A DNA stretch of 32,000 nucleotides from Mycobacterium leprae TN (GCF_000195855.1 NC_002677.1:690001-722000), one strand, 5' to 3'. Shown: positions 1-13,241, counted from the first letter of the stretch. Made by a program: numbers and translations. Notes: generated from the letters alone by a model not told the origin.

Positions 1-479
1 TGACTGTCCAGCCCTGTTTATTTAGTTCCTGTACTTACACAACGAACTCTCATGCGAACATCCGAGACATGTTCCCTTCTAATTACTTTCGTAATCCAAC
101 GCTCACAGCCAAGACTGGGTCTACCTACAACCAGCGGATTGCAAACGGCGAGTCGCCTCTAGGGGATAGTCACTTTCGATGAGTAGGATTGTCGCTTTAT
201 AAATTGAGCGGCGGGAGGCCTTGAGTACAGCCGCTGCTATACCATGCACCGAGTACGGCCTACACATTGCCCATTTCCTGACCTGCGTGCATGACCGATT
301 CCTAATCTATCGTCCTGATACACCTCACTGACTACACCGGTACGCCACCACTGCAAGTAGCTTCGTGCCCCTACAACATTACTTTCGGAAATTTCAGCCA
401 CACAATACGGCTGTTGAATTGTTTCTTGGTTTCGCTGGAGGCTTTTTGTACAGGGAGAGGGTAAGTATGGATGGCATCA

Positions 480-1640
480 CAGTGGAAGTACTCGCGGGAG
501 TTGTGGGAGCGGCAACGAGGATAGCGGGAGAAGTCAGGTGGGCTCCGGTGGTAGCCAGAGGCGCGATTAGGCCGAGCGTGAGCGTGAAGTGCAAGAATTG
601 AAGCTTGTCAACGAGATTCTGCGAATAGCGAACGCGTTTTTCACCGCGGCGGAAGTCGATCGCCGACTGCGGTGATCCTTTCGCGCGCAATTCTTTGCAG
701 AGTACATCAATGTCCACCGCGAAGAATGCGGGTCGATCCAATCTGTCATGTACATGTTTGAGCAGGCTGACGTGCAGGTCCCCCCGTCTACCTACTACAC
801 CGTCAAGCAGCAGGGTTTTGTGCGGGCAGCCGATCTTACCGACACGTACGACGGCAAGATCCTGTTTGATCTGTGGATGGCTAACCTACCGATCTTACTG
901 TGTGCACAGGCTTTAGCCCGCCACTACACACGCAGGTCACAGTTGAGGTCCAGACAGGGCGACACGGCTGATGTGTATCGCCGGTATTGACGATGTAGGC
1001 TGCAATAAGTGCAGCATTCGTACGACTGAGTACGACAAGTCTTCGCCGCCGCAGCATCCCGACCGGCTCGATCGTTCCTGCTCAATGCTGTCATTACCCG
1101 GATCAGTGGCAGGTAAGGGATTGCACATATGTGTGGACGCTGCAAAGGGTGTGCCATACCACGTTTTGTGTGGACGTGTTCTCCCACCCCATCCTGGGCT
1201 GGCAGGTGATGACCAGCAAGACCGCGGGTGCTTGGTCACATCGGTGCTTGAGCAGACGCTACTCACCCCCTATTGCACATAGCTCCATTCTCTATAACCG
1301 ATTTGATTCATCACTTGGACGCGGGATCAATATACGTCGATCGCGTTCACCGAGGCGCTGCACGAGGCCGGTATCGCCGGATCCATCAGCAGTGTCGGCG
1401 ACGCTTTGGACAACGTGTTTATGGATTCTGCTATAGGGACGGTACAAATCTGAATTAATCGACCAACATGCGACCTTCACCGGTCGCGTCGAACTGGAAC
1501 GGGAAACCACCTCCTGGGTGCACTAGTACAACACGATCGAGACTCCACCTCATCAATATCAATCCAATACCGACCACCAGTCGCATACGAACAGCGCTAC
1601 CAGCAGACAGCCACCCCGACCGAAGTGACATGAACCAATA
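480..1640 (+). mobile_element. Degenerate IS3-family-like insertion sequence (transposase orfA/orfB relic)
   Basis: Conceptual translation in shifting frames gives orfA-like VQELKLVNEILRIANAFFTAAEVDRRLR; orfB-like SFRAQFFAEYINVHREECGSIQS...VQVPPSTYY; CVDVFSHPILGWQVMTSKTA (VFSRxIVGWQ-type); HHLDAGSIY (HHSDRGSQY-type); EALHEAGIAGSISSVGDALDNVFMDSAIG; and LHSSI/YRPPVAYEQRYQQ near 1550-1630. Multiple stops and frameshifts. Confidence 0.85.
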
Positions 1641-3293
1641 ATCTCCGACAGCTCCAGAACAGTTCCTTCGCCGCATAACACCAACGACCTACTTCGAAGT
1701 TCCTGCTGCCTGTTTACACAAAAATTGAGTTAACCTCGGTTTTTATATTTTGAGCGGAGCCGAGCTATTCTGGTTACATCGCGCATCTGATCACTGAAAT
1801 GGGCTGTGCTGCGGAAAAAGATCGGCGTTGAAAGACATGCCAGATCACATCGAAGGTAGCCAGAATTTTTGGTTACTCCAGAATCGTATTAATTCTGCGT
1901 CTACATCAGTTCAGAAGGCTTTATGGAGCAGTAACTTTAGCTTAGCCCGCTACGTAAAACTCGAGGGAATTGTAAGCGAATGACAGGCGCGTTCGTTGAC
2001 CGGCTCTGACATTACCTAGTGCAGTCAACGCAGGGTGAGGAGGGAGCTTCCTCGGCCTCGGTGGCGTAGTCGGTCACTGCGCCTACGGTTTCGTGGACTT
2101 CAAGACCCGAAATGAATTACCGCCAAGCTTCCCAAGCGATATGGTGCGCTGCTGGATAGTTGTGCGCAATTCCTTGCTTTGCCCGGTCCGGACACGCCCG
2201 CTCTGCAGATCGAGATCATTTTTCCCGGCGACACCATGGTAAAACACGACCCGGCCCGGGCTTACACGCCGCGTGACGGTCCTACGGGGTCGATATGTGC
2301 GTTTGGTAACCAGCACTCCGTAGGGCGCTGTCACGGAGGAACTCTAATCGGACACTGACGAGCTTGGCCTGGATGCAGTGGTGGGGATGCGATCACGACC
2401 AATCCTTCTGACGAATAGGACGACCGTGTGGTGGAATTCTTCATCGTGATGGTAACATCCGGGACACAGCTGGACATGATTTCTTGCATATCGTGGCTAC
2501 GAACACAGTACGCAATCTGGGGGCCGAATCCCCTGACGGGGACTGGTCCGCGGTGTCGACGGCCGAACATCTTATCAATTACGTTGGCGAATTGGGTTGC
2601 GAGGACGACTGGGCGGGTTGAGATTTGTATATCGGTGCCGGGGTTGTCGTTCATGTCGTCGTACCGGTGCCGTGGTGCGTGATGACGATGCTTGCTTAAC
2701 CCGAGTTGGTGGAGGGATCCGTTCGTGCTCAAGCTCATTGCTCGAGTCGGGTGCAAGCAGTTCGGTTCGCTGGGTTAATTTGCTTGTTTGGGCAGCTATG
2801 CTGAGGTGGTCATCCCCAACATGCCGTGCAGCGGTGACCCGGTTCGCATCGAACGTGTCAAACCACGCCAGGGCGCGCTTGCAACGACAATCGAGAGGAT
2901 GGCTGCCACGCTATTCATGGTAGCGTAGGCTAGCTCGGTCAGGTCATGTTGCAGCAGAAGCGTATCGAGCATCGAAGCCTACGCCTTTAGTGCTAACCGG
3001 CGTTTGCCCCAGTCCGGTTATGCGTGTCTGGGGTTGTCTTGATTTGGCGGGTGAAGGCCGTGAACGGCGTGCCGGTAGGCCGTATGACCTTGAGCCGTGG
3101 TTGGTTGACTGGCTGTTGCATCTTAGTTGGGCATCCATCACTTCGCCGACCACACCGCCACTGCAAGCAGCTTTTCGTAATTACAAGATTGCTCTCGAAA
3201 CCTTCAGTCGCACAAAATAATTCGATTCCTAACACCAACTACCTAACCTGGCATGTTAAACTTGACTCAACAATTTAGCTTCGCTGAGACTAG

Positions 3294-3307
3294 CTAAGCT
3301 AGCTTAG
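3294..3307. promoter_or_regulatory. Perfect 14-bp palindrome CTAAGCTAGCTTAG, possible operator relic
   Basis: ACTAGCTAAGCTAGCTTAGAATCTGCTAAGATAGCTG. The palindrome is exact, with further GCTAAG-type half-sites nearby. Function is inferred only. Confidence 0.4.
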
Positions 3308-3610
3308 AATCTGCTAAGATAGCTGTAATGTAACGGTAACACTACCACGACATGGGTGGTGTCCAATTCCGGCCTCTAGGCGAATCTTGAACGCCTTGGC
3401 CTCAACCGCCTCCGTGTCTCTTAGCGAAACAATCGGCAACGACAATCGGTGAATGCTAATTTATCCGCGATTCTCGACTACTCCCGATTACGGGTGCCCT
3501 TGAACGACTGCTCTTCACTCGTATAGATATAGATCATCCAGACAGACGATGGTGTCAACTTTCAATCGATTTTCCATTGCCACGTCTTGGAAAAAGCGAG
3601 TGTACACCCG

Positions 3611-4426
3611 TTATTCCTTCACGATTACCGGGTCACCAATGTTAACTGTGTTGTAGTACCATTCTGCGTCGGCAGGGCTTAAGCTAATGCAGCCGTGGCT
3701 GGTGTTATCAAAACCCATTGACTGCACCGCCCACGGAGCCGAATGGATGTAGAGGCCACGGCTGCTGATACGGACGGCGTAATCCACCGAGAGCCTGTAC
3801 CCCTCGGGATCGTCGACAGGTATGCCGACACTACTCGAATCCATAATCACCGAGCGATCCTTGGACATGACGGTATACTTACCGGTAGGTGTCGGGAATT
3901 CTGTCTTACCCATCGAGGCCGGCATCACCCCTTCTTCTCCCCAGTGGGGCCGATGGTGGGGTGAAGGCAGTGGAGGGGGTGTCTCCGCCTCGACTCCGTC
4001 GATCGTCACCGTGAACGTGTGATTCGAGATATCCGCAATACCGAGAATGGCAGGACCCGTTTTGAAGTTGGTGGACAGGTTGCCCACCGTGAGTGCGATC
4101 GTGCTGTGCTCTGGCCAATAGCGGTCAGGAACCCACTGCACAACTTTGCTGTCGAGCCAGTCAAACTTGCCGTTCATCGCTGGCGCCGAGCGCACTTTAA
4201 GGGAAAGCTCGGTCGCCTTACGGTTAGTGACGGGTGCGCCGAATGTCACTACCACGGGGTGCGCCACACCCACCACCGCGTCCCGTGTAGGTAGAATTGA
4301 CGTGATGGCGAAGCCATGCGCATGGTTCACCGCCGCTAGGCTTACACGCACCGGTCCCGCGATCACCGTCGCCGCGATCCCGATCACCACAAGAACACCT
4401 CGAATTGCTGCCCGCATAATTCCCAT
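3611..4426 (-). CDS. L,D-transpeptidase (YkuD fold, Ig-like N-terminal domain), probable exported peptidoglycan cross-linking enzyme
   Basis: ORF 3611..4552 (313 aa). Catalytic motif IHSAPWAVQSMGFDNTSHGCISLSPADAEWYY. Signal-like MRAAIRGVLVVIGIAATVIAGPV suggests an internal start at 4426 or 4417 rather than 4552. Confidence 0.92.
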   Translation of the reverse strand: MGIMRAAIRGVLVVIGIAATVIAGPVRVSLAAVNHAHGFAITSILPTRDAVVGVAHPVVVTFGAPVTNRKATELSLKVRSAPAMNGKFDWLDSKVVQWVPDRYWPEHSTIALTVGNLSTNFKTGPAILGIADISNHTFTVTIDGVEAETPPPLPSPHHRPHWGEEGVMPASMGKTEFPTPTGKYTVMSKDRSVIMDSSSVGIPVDDPEGYRLSVDYAVRISSRGLYIHSAPWAVQSMGFDNTSHGCISLSPADAEWYYNTVNIGDPVIVKE

Positions 4427-4691
4427 CACCTTTGAGATGACCAAAATGTTGTTGATGTTGGCGATGGTAGGGGTCCATGCCGAGTGAGCGGGTACGCACG
4501 CGCTAGATAGCTTGGTCAAGTCTCGGTCAAGTTTTAGTTGCGCGTTCAGCACCTGGGGGAGATGCTCGTATTCCGCTGCCGCGACTCGGTATCCAGCTGT
4601 GTTGTATCGGCATGGTGACCGAGAAGTTGATATGTGTTCAGCGGCTGTTTGCAGACACCGGCCCCCAGGATTAGCGGCGGACAGTCTCGGT

Positions 4692-4749
4692 CGTATGTTC
4701 TATATATAGTTATATGAGTTATCGTATATTCTATATTTATATGAGTTAT
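4692..4749. repeat. AT-rich imperfect tandem direct repeat, two units (4692-4722 and 4723-4749)
   Basis: CGTATGTTCTATATATAGTTATATGAGTTAT followed directly by CGTATATTCTATATTTATATGAGTTAT in the intergenic region between the divergent L,D-transpeptidase and gap genes. Confidence 0.85.
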
Positions 4750-4837
4750 ATGCGTCCATCGACGCTTGTTAGGCGTAGCTGCTGCAGTGTGACATGCTCA
4801 ACCGGTCCATGACTTCGGCTACCTGTCATTGATCTAG

Positions 4838-5908
<1,071 letters not shown>

Positions 5909-5910
5909 CC

Positions 5911-7161
5911 GTGCGCATTCCTAATCTTAAAGATCTTCTTGAGGAAGGTGTTTCTGGTCGCTGCGTGTTGGTGCGCTGCGATCTGAACGTCCCGCTGGGG
6001 GATGATGGCGCCATCACCGACCTCGGTCGGGTCACCGCGTCGGTGCCTACGTTGAAAGCGCTGCTTGAGGCCGGAGCCAAGATTGTGGTTGCCGCCCATC
6101 TGGGCCGCCCCAAGAACGGGCCAGACCCAAAGCTGTCACTGGAGCCGGTCGCCGCGGCGCTCGGTGAGCAGCTGGGCCAAAACGTCCAGTTGGTCTGCAG
6201 CACCGATCGTTCCCCTGTCGGGGGTGATGCGCTCGCCTGTGTTGAGAGGCTGACCGACGGCGACCTCCTACTGCTGCAGAACATCCGCTTCGATCCGCGC
6301 GAGACCAGCAAAGTCGACGACGAACGACTCGCTCTGGCCAAGCAATTGGTTGAATTGGTCGGGTCAGCAGGAGCTTTTGTTTCGGATGGATTCGGTGTGG
6401 TGCATCGCAGGCAGGCTTCGGTGTATGACGTCGCTACGCTATTGCCGCACTACGCCGGCATACTGGTTGCTGACGAGATAAGGATACTCGAGCAATTGAC
6501 TAGTTCGGCCAAACGCCCCTACGCAGTGGTGCTCGGCGGGTCGAAGGTATCCGACAAGCTCGGCGTCATCGAGTCGCTGGCGACAAAAGCCGATAGCATC
6601 GTACTCGGAGGTGGAATGTGCTTTACATTTCTTGCTGCACAAGGATTTTCAGTAGGTAAATCGTTATTGGAAACCGAGATGATCGAGACCTGTCGTAGTC
6701 TGTTGGACACCTACGCTGACGTGCTTCGGCTTCCTATGGACATTGTGGTGACAGAGAAGTTCGTCGCTGATTCGCCGCCGCAGACCGTCGCCGCCGACGC
6801 TATCCCAGATGGATTGATGGGACTGGATATCGGGCCGGAATCGGTCAAGCGGTTCGCTACGTTGTTATCCAACGCCTCGACCATTTTCTGGAACGGACCG
6901 ATGGGCGTGTTCGAATTCCCTGCGTACGCCGCGGGCACCAGAGGTGTTGCTGAAGCAATCGTGGCTGTTACTGGCAAGGGAGCTTTCAGCGTGGTCGGCG
7001 GCGGTGACTCTGCGGCTGCGATGCGGGCGCTCAGCCTACCCGAAGGCAGTGTCTCGCACCTTTCCACCGGTGGCGGCGCGTCGTTGGAATACCTTGAGGG
7101 CAAGACGCTACCCGGGATCGAGGTACTAGGTCGTGAGCAGCCAAGGGGAGGAGACTCGTGA
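5911..7161 (+). CDS. pgk: Phosphoglycerate kinase
   Basis: 416 aa; [45 protein letters not shown]. Starts 2 nt after the gap stop. Confidence 0.97.
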   Translation: MRIPNLKDLLEEGVSGRCVLVRCDLNVPLGDDGAITDLGRVTASVPTLKALLEAGAKIVVAAHLGRPKNGPDPKLSLEPVAAALGEQLGQNVQLVCSTDRSPVGGDALACVERLTDGDLLLLQNIRFDPRETSKVDDERLALAKQLVELVGSAGAFVSDGFGVVHRRQASVYDVATLLPHYAGILVADEIRILEQLTSSAKRPYAVVLGGSKVSDKLGVIESLATKADSIVLGGGMCFTFLAAQGFSVGKSLLETEMIETCRSLLDTYADVLRLPMDIVVTEKFVADSPPQTVAADAIPDGLMGLDIGPESVKRFATLLSNASTIFWNGPMGVFEFPAYAAGTRGVAEAIVAVTGKGAFSVVGGGDSAAAMRALSLPEGSVSHLSTGGGASLEYLEGKTLPGIEVLGREQPRGGDS

Positions 7162-7943
7162 GCCGCAAGTCGCTCATCGCCGGCAACTGGAAGATGAACC
7201 TGAATCATTTCGAGGCGATTGCGTTGGTGCAAAAAATCGCTTTTTCATTGCCGGACAAGTATTATGACAAGGTTGATGTCACAGTTCTTCCGCCATTCAC
7301 TGACCTGCGTAGCGTGCAAACCCTGGTCGATGGCGATAAGTTGCGATTGACCTATGGTGCCCAGGATCTTTCGCAACATGACCTAGGCGCCTACACTGGA
7401 GACATCAGTGGGGCCTTCTTGGCTAAGTTGGGCTGTAGCTTCGTGCTGGTGGGGCACTCTGAGCGGCGCACCTACCACGACGAAGGTGACGCGCTGGTGG
7501 CCGCGAAGACGGCTGCGGCGCTCAAAAACAGCTTGACTCCGATCGTGTGCATCGGCGAGTACCTCGAGATCCGAGAGGTGGGTGAACACGTCAGCCACTG
7601 CCAGAACCAGCTACGCGGCTCGCTGGCTGGGCTGTCGCCTGAACAGATCGGCAATGTCGTGATCGTTTATGAACCGGTCTGGGCGATCGGGACTGGGCGG
7701 GTGGCTAGTGCAGCCGACGCCCAAGAGGTGTGCGAGGCGATCCGAAAAGAGCTGGGTGCGCTGGCATCACCGCAGGTGGCCGAAACCGTTCGGGTGCTTT
7801 ATGGTGGCTCGTTGAACGCCAAAAACATTGGCGATATCGTCGCCCAGCAAGACGTCGATGGTGGTCTGGTTGGGGGAGCGTCGCTGGACGGGGCGCAATT
7901 CGCGACGCTCGCGGTCATCGCCGCCGGTGGGCCTCTTCCCTAG
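7158..7943 (+). CDS. tpiA: Triosephosphate isomerase
   Basis: 261 aa; [56 protein letters not shown] overlap with the pgk stop. Confidence 0.97.
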   Translation: MSRKSLIAGNWKMNLNHFEAIALVQKIAFSLPDKYYDKVDVTVLPPFTDLRSVQTLVDGDKLRLTYGAQDLSQHDLGAYTGDISGAFLAKLGCSFVLVGHSERRTYHDEGDALVAAKTAAALKNSLTPIVCIGEYLEIREVGEHVSHCQNQLRGSLAGLSPEQIGNVVIVYEPVWAIGTGRVASAADAQEVCEAIRKELGALASPQVAETVRVLYGGSLNAKNIGDIVAQQDVDGGLVGGASLDGAQFATLAVIAAGGPLP

Positions 7944-8019
7944 GGAAGCCCTCGGGGCGTCTTGCACTGACTTGGTGATAGGTTATGCTGCAGACTTTAG
8001 CCGTAGCGTTAGCTCAGTG

Positions 8020-9450
8020 CTGTGGGTGGCTAATTCGCTATGGGTTCAGTGTGCCTGTCGGGTGGGTGTGGTGGCCACTGTGGCGTTGATCGCGGGCATC
8101 GGTGTGCTGTCAGCGATCTTTCAGGTTGTCGTGCTGGTGTTCCTAGGCGCGTTCTGCGGCGTTAGCCTGGTTGCTACCGGGTTCTACCGCGACCAGTGGT
8201 GACCCTACATATACCCAGGTTCGCACGGTATTCGACGATGCGATCGTTGCGATTTGCTAGTACGGCAACCAGATTCAAGCGTGCATGGTCGGTATCGGTC
8301 GAGTTGGCGGTGGTGGATGCCGGTCGGGACTCTGGGTTGGTGGAGTTGGTGGATGCGCTCAGCCTAGAAGTTGGCGCGCCGGGGGATGCCGTGCTAGCGA
8401 CTCGCCGACTGTCGGTGTTGATTTGTGCCGCTAGCTTCCCATACCGTCCTGTTCAACAGCGTGCGAATCAGACTTTCCTGGCCGTGGCCACCGGCATTAT
8501 TATGCGCGATGCGTGAAAGCTCTCCACTCGTTTTGGCTGCTGTTGACCACCGCCGTAATGGTGTGGTCAGGGTATGCTTCGGTGTTCGTCCGTACGGTTC
8601 ATTGGTCTTCAGCACGGTGATTGGTGCGTTGCTGTGACTGATTGCTGGCGGTTTGCGCTGCTAGCCTGCTTTGGTGGTCGCAACCGTGCTGGCGCTGAGT
8701 TTTGTCGTGCTATCGGTGCCGAAACTGTATGGTTTCGGCGTTATTGTAATCACTTCCGCGGCGTTGTTGTCGCAATCGATCTGCCTTGCGTATCCGGTAG
8801 CGCCCGCGGTGTGCCTAGTAGACATGCTAATCAGCACTGTGGTGGTTGTGTGTCGTATACCTGTTGTGGCCGGGAGATCGGTGGTTGCCTGAATCGCCCG
8901 GGCTTGGTGCGGCCCGGAGCTATTCTCGTCGAGGCGGTCAAATCATCCGGTCAATGCTTATGCTAGCAAACGCCTATGTTAGCAATTGTCCCGCGACTAC
9001 GTCTATTGGCTTGCGCATCAGGTTTGTGCCACTGTCGAGGCCGCGGTGTTGGAGCCTCTGGCAACTGGCAGTGAGTTCCACATGCTGAGCAGATTATTTC
9101 GGCTACCATTGAACTGGAGGACGCTGTGTACGCGATCAGTTCGGCAGTGTACGCCGGGTCGGGATCCGACCACGCTGATCAATGAGGTACAGCGTCGGCT
9201 GAACCGCTTCGATCAGAGACTGCCGTGGCGCTTAAGTTAAGCGGCCGCCGGAACGCGTGCTCCCACCGCCAGGTGCCCGCACTATGCGGACCGTCAGGAT
9301 CCGGGCTAGGCGCACCGGGTGGGGGTGTGCTACTATGATGCAATTAGGAAGGGATGTCGTGCAGTGGCTCTGGGTTTGGCCGCTGTTTCAACACTATATC
9401 GGTACCAGTCCACCGGATCACATCAGATTTCGTGTTATGACCCGATGTTA
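8020..9450 (+). pseudogene. Non-coding or highly decayed region, short ORFs only, no identifiable product
   Basis: Only fragmented ORFs of about 60-130 aa in competing frames. Hydrophobic segment VVATVALIAGIGVLSAIFQVVVLVFLGAFCGVSLVATGFYRDQW near 8070-8202. Strand and gene identity uncertain. Confidence 0.35.
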
Positions 9451-9949
9451 GGGTGAGGTAGGATATGCATCTCTCCGATGCTCGTAGCGGAAATTAAACG
9501 AAAATGCAGTATAGCTGTGCTGTGTGTACATCGGAAGCTAATGTGTTGTCTCCGCTGGAATGATCGGTCGGCATTATTGGTCACTGGCAGCAGTACTGGA
9601 AAAACCGGCATCGCCGTAACCTCGGCAACGGCACACGGTGACCTTTTGGTCGAGCTCGGCCCGCTCGTCGGTGGAGTAATCCTTGAGGCCGCGGGTACGG
9701 GGGCTGGATGGCGTCTGGTGTCAATATCTTGCAGGACGTGTTCGCGGTCATCGTCGAGGTTCTGTTGCTTTCGGTCGGTACCGGGAACGCGAGGACCGCG
9801 GAAGACTGGCCCGGCCTTGCTGTACTGTCGGCCGGACTCGTCGCTGTGCTGACGCTGCTGATCCACGAGCAGCAAGAGGACTGGGTGTGCCAGCCTGTGA
9901 CTCGACTATGCTGGGGCCGTTCGACGGTAGACAGGTAGTCTAGTTGACC

Positions 9950-10183
9950 ATGGAGTTGGCCCTGCAGATCACCCTGGTTGTCACCAGCATCCTCGTAGTG
10001 TTGTTAGTACTTTTGCACCGTGCGAAGGGTGGTGGCCTGTCGACGTTGTTCGGCGGTGGCGTGCAATCCAGTCTGTCCGGGTCGACGGTGGTGGAGAAGA
10101 ACCTGGACCGGTTGACGCTGTTCGTCACCGGAATCTGGCTGGTATCCATTATCGGCGTAGCCCTGCTAACTAAATACCGTTAG
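9950..10183 (+). CDS. secG: Preprotein translocase subunit SecG
   Basis: MELALQITLVVTSILVVLLVLLHRAKGGGLSTLFGGGVQSSLSGSTVVEKNLDRLTLFVTGIWLVSIIGVAL; typical two-TM SecG. ATG at 9950; alternative TTG start at 9944. Confidence 0.95.
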   Translation: MELALQITLVVTSILVVLLVLLHRAKGGGLSTLFGGGVQSSLSGSTVVEKNLDRLTLFVTGIWLVSIIGVALLTKYR

Positions 10184-10213
10184 CACTGTTACTTCAAGTA
10201 GATCCCCGCACAC

Positions 10214-13018
10214 ATGGTTGAGTTTTCCGATGCTATACTGGAACCGATCGGTGCTGTCCAGCGGACTCGAGTCGGTCGCGAGGCGACTGAACCTATGCGG
10301 GCCGACATCAGGCTATTGGGTACCATTCTTGGTGATACTCTGCGTGAGCAGAACGGTGATGAGGTATTCGATCTCGTCGAACGAGTCCGGGTCGAGTCGT
10401 TCCGGGTGCGGCGTTCTGAGATTGATCGGGCCGATATGGCGCGTATGTTCTCTGGTCTCGACATTCACCTGGCCATCCCGATCATCCGGGCGTTTAGCCA
10501 TTTCGCATTGTTGGCCAACGTTGCCGAGGACATCCACCGGGAGCGTCGGCGCCATATTCACCTCGACGCCGGCGAGCCACTGCGGGATAGCAGTTTAGCG
10601 GCCACTTACGCGAAACTTGATCTGGCAAAACTAGATTCGGCCACCGTGGCAGATGCCCTTACTGGTGCAGTGGTCTCGCCGGTGATTACTGCGCATCCCA
10701 CCGAGACCCGTCGGCGTACCGTATTTGTTACCCAACGCCGGATTACCGAGTTGATGCGGCTGCACGCGGAGGGACACACCGAAACCGCCGATGGCCGCAG
10801 CATTGAGCGTGAATTGCGCCGTCAAATTCTCACGCTGTGGCAGACGGCATTGATTCGGTTGGCGCGATTGCAGATCTCCGACGAGATCGACGTAGGGCTG
10901 CGATATTACTCTGCCGCGCTTTTCCATGTGATTCCGCAGGTGAATTCCGAGGTGCGCAACGCGTTGCGTGCCCGGTGGCCCGACGCCGAGCTGCTGTCCG
11001 GCCCTATACTGCAACCCGGATCGTGGATCGGTGGTGACCGGGACGGAAACCCGAACGTGACTGCCGACGTGGTGCGGCGAGCGACCGGCAGCGCTGCCTA
11101 CACCGTGGTGGCGCACTATTTGGCTGAACTCACCCACCTCGAGCAGGAGCTGTCGATGTCGGCGCGACTGATAACCGTCACCCCTGAGCTGGCCACGCTG
11201 GCCGCTAGCTGTCAGGACGCGGCCTGTGCCGACGAGCCGTACCGGCGGGCATTGCGGGTGATCCGCGGTCGATTGTCCTCGACTGCCGCCCACATCCTGG
11301 ATCAGCAGCCACCCAACCAGCTTGGTCTGGGTTTGCCACCGTATTCGACGCCAGCCGAACTATGTGCCGATCTGGACACCATCGAAGCCTCCCTGTGCAC
11401 GCACGGCGCCGCGTTGTTAGCCGACGATCGGTTGGCGCTGTTGCGAGAAGGTGTTGGAGTCTTTGGGTTTCACTTGTGCGGTCTGGATATGCGGCAAAAT
11501 TCCGACGTGCACGAAGAGGTGGTCGCTGAGCTGTTGGCGTGGGCCGGGATGCACCAGGACTACAGTTCGTTGCCCGAAGATCAAAGAGTCAAGCTGCTGG
11601 TGGCCGAACTCGGTAACCGCCGCCCGTTGGTCGGGGATCGTGCGCAATTATCCGATTTGGCGCGCGGCGAGCTGGCCGTTCTTGCGGCCGCTGCCCACGC
11701 CGTTGAGCTCTACGGATCGGCCGCGGTGCCCAACTACATCATCTCGATGTGTCAGTCTGTGTCGGATGTCCTGGAGGTCGCGATCCTCTTGAAGGAGACT
11801 GGCCTGTTAGACGCCTCCGGGTCGCAGCCGTACTGTCCGGTGGGCATCTCGCCGCTGTTCGAGACGATCGACGATCTGCACAACGGGGCGGCCATTCTGC
11901 ACGCGATGCTGGAACTTCCGCTATATCGAACGCTGGTGGCTGCTCGCGGTAACTGGCAGGAAGTGATGCTCGGCTACTCCGATTCCAACAAAGATGGCGG
12001 CTATCTGGCCGCCAACTGGGCGGTTTACCGCGCCGAGCTCGCTCTGGTAGACGTGGCCCGCAAAACCGGAATCCGTTTGCGACTTTTCCATGGTCGTGGC
12101 GGCACTGTCGGACGTGGCGGCGGTCCTAGCTATCAAGCTATTCTGGCGCAACCCCCGGGGGCGGTAAACGGCTCGTTGCGTCTCACCGAGCAAGGCGAGG
12201 TCATAGCCGCCAAATACGCCGAACCGCAAATAGCACGACGAAACCTAGAGAGTTTGGTGGCCGCGACCCTAGAATCAACTCTCTTGGATGTTGAAGGCTT
12301 AGGCGATGCGGCTGAATCTGCTTACGCCATACTCGATGAAGTAGCCGGCCTCGCGCGGCGATCCTACGCTGAATTAGTCAACACACCGGGTTTCGTTGAC
12401 TATTTCCAAGCTTCCACGCCGGTCAGCGAGATCGGATCGTTGAACATTGGCAACCGACCGACATCACGTAAGCCTACCACGTCGATCGCGGATCTTCGTG
12501 CTATTCCGTGGGTACTGGCATGGAGCCAATCGCGAGTCATGCTCCCAGGTTGGTATGGCACCGGATCGGCGTTTCAGCAGTGGGTTGCGGCTGGACCCGA
12601 AAGTGAATCACAGCGGGTAGAAATGCTGCATGACCTCTATCAGCGTTGGCCGTTCTTTCGAAGTGTGCTGTCGAACATGGCGCAGGTACTGGCCAAAAGT
12701 GATCTGGGCCTGGCGGCCCGCTATGCTGAGCTGGTGGTCGACGAAGCCTTGCGGCGCAGAGTGTTTGACAAGATCGCCGACGAGCATCGGCGAACCATTG
12801 CCATCCACAAGCTCATTACGGGTCATGACGATCTGCTTGCTGACAACCCGGCTCTGGCGCGTTCGGTGTTCAACCGCTTCCCGTATCTGGAGCCGTTAAA
12901 CCACCTTCAGGTGGAGCTATTGCGCCGCTACCGCTCGGGTCACGACGACGAAATGGTGCAACGCGGCATCCTTTTGACAATGAACGGATTGGCCAGCGCG
13001 CTACGTAACAGCGGCTAA
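10214..13018 (+). CDS. ppc: Phosphoenolpyruvate carboxylase
   Basis: 934 aa uninterrupted ORF; [87 protein letters not shown]. Confidence 0.97.
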   Translation: MVEFSDAILEPIGAVQRTRVGREATEPMRADIRLLGTILGDTLREQNGDEVFDLVERVRVESFRVRRSEIDRADMARMFSGLDIHLAIPIIRAFSHFALLANVAEDIHRERRRHIHLDAGEPLRDSSLAATYAKLDLAKLDSATVADALTGAVVSPVITAHPTETRRRTVFVTQRRITELMRLHAEGHTETADGRSIERELRRQILTLWQTALIRLARLQISDEIDVGLRYYSAALFHVIPQVNSEVRNALRARWPDAELLSGPILQPGSWIGGDRDGNPNVTADVVRRATGSAAYTVVAHYLAELTHLEQELSMSARLITVTPELATLAASCQDAACADEPYRRALRVIRGRLSSTAAHILDQQPPNQLGLGLPPYSTPAELCADLDTIEASLCTHGAALLADDRLALLREGVGVFGFHLCGLDMRQNSDVHEEVVAELLAWAGMHQDYSSLPEDQRVKLLVAELGNRRPLVGDRAQLSDLARGELAVLAAAAHAVELYGSAAVPNYIISMCQSVSDVLEVAILLKETGLLDASGSQPYCPVGISPLFETIDDLHNGAAILHAMLELPLYRTLVAARGNWQEVMLGYSDSNKDGGYLAANWAVYRAELALVDVARKTGIRLRLFHGRGGTVGRGGGPSYQAILAQPPGAVNGSLRLTEQGEVIAAKYAEPQIARRNLESLVAATLESTLLDVEGLGDAAESAYAILDEVAGLARRSYAELVNTPGFVDYFQASTPVSEIGSLNIGNRPTSRKPTTSIADLRAIPWVLAWSQSRVMLPGWYGTGSAFQQWVAAGPESESQRVEMLHDLYQRWPFFRSVLSNMAQVLAKSDLGLAARYAELVVDEALRRRVFDKIADEHRRTIAIHKLITGHDDLLADNPALARSVFNRFPYLEPLNHLQVELLRRYRSGHDDEMVQRGILLTMNGLASALRNSG

Positions 13019-13241
13019 CCCGGGGCGAGGCTCGGGATCGGGGGGAGGCGACATCATCAGGCCTCGGATAGCTGGCTGTGCTATTTGCATTGCATGGTCC
13101 GATTTCGGAGCCTATCTAGCACACCACGGACCGGCGTATTCGGTGGCTGATAACCGCGACAGCATCATCTCTGTAGATAATCGCCTTCGCTCCAGTCTGC
13201 TGCGCACGGTTCTGTCAGCCATGAAGGTCATTATGACGCCA

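Noticed and set aside
10631-11293. 220-aa minus-strand ORF opposite ppc
   Set aside because: Fully antisense to strongly conserved PEP carboxylase sequence; low-complexity R/G/Q-rich composition typical of shadow ORFs.
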